From NCBI GenBank assembly GCA_040954595.2, contig CM082578.2, forward strand, positions 14,616,998-14,680,997: DNA of 64,000 nt, read 5' to 3'. Shown here one piece after another: positions 63,412-64,000 of this stretch (position 1 is the stretch's first letter; each line of letters opens with the position of its first letter). The stretch comes from Balanoglossus misakiensis (lineage: Eukaryota; Animalia; Hemichordata). The position numbers were made by a program, and so were the translations under genes. Under the pieces are notes generated by a model. That model ran no database searches and had not been told where the DNA came from. It worked only from the letters and a program-made list of their open reading frames with translations.

Positions 63412-64000
63412 CTGGAAAGAAGATAAGCGACACAAATTCACTCTATTACATGTGTAATTCCATTTTCTACTTCACACAGTATGTTACCCGACGATGGAAC
63501 GATTACACACAAGCAGTGATACTACACCAGTTATGTTGTGACAATGCTAAGCCCCATGTTAAGCTCTGCCACAGCTTGCAATTCACGGCAAAATAACATT
63601 AAACAGCTAGAGGATTACGGTGCTAAATTTGATAACATGAATTCTACAGGAGAAGATACTCACAACATTAACTGCTTTTTTTGCCCCAATTCATGTTACG
63701 ATTTACTCCACAAAGCACATTTAGATAACTAGATGGACTGCTGCCTTTCGTTTCAAAATTAACCTTCATGAACATTCAAACACTGGTCATCAGTTTCTAA
63801 CAGAGAACTGTCCATGATCCATGTTTTATTAAATATGATATCTATAAGACGCTTGCTATCTTTTAAGCCAAGATTTATTTCCGCTAAAATGTTATATTTC
63901 AGTCACTGAACATTTATTTCTTTTCAAACAGTTTTAACCTTTATATAAATTATTGGAGAGCCACAAGCCTGTCTTTTAATCGTCGTGTGGTCACTTTTGA

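Overview
Eukaryotic, intron-rich genomic DNA from a marine invertebrate. An ambulacrarian or other invertebrate deuterostome is my inference from the gene set; the species is not determinable here. Bases 1-~15070 are a near-homogeneous 87-bp satellite (~173 monomers). Its monomer is an imperfect palindrome, it switches orientation several times, it shows incipient higher-order repeats near its right edge, and it ends in a degenerate tail at ~15400. The long repetitive ORFs there are artefacts. The rest is a compact gene block: an ABCC8/9 (SUR)-like transporter (-); a secreted C-type lectin needing a 10-nt microexon (-); a ~1106-aa transglutaminase with a ~400-aa acidic N-terminal extension and a remodelled active-site neighbourhood (+); CYB561D2 (-) head-to-head with NPRL2 (+); a Sec-encoding selenophosphate synthetase (+) with in-frame UGA, a downstream recoding hairpin and a GUGA-type SECIS; and the 3' part of TMEM115 (-). 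NPRL2/CYB561D2/TMEM115 match the human 3p21.3 cluster. All exon and structure calls were made by eye; no database searches were run.
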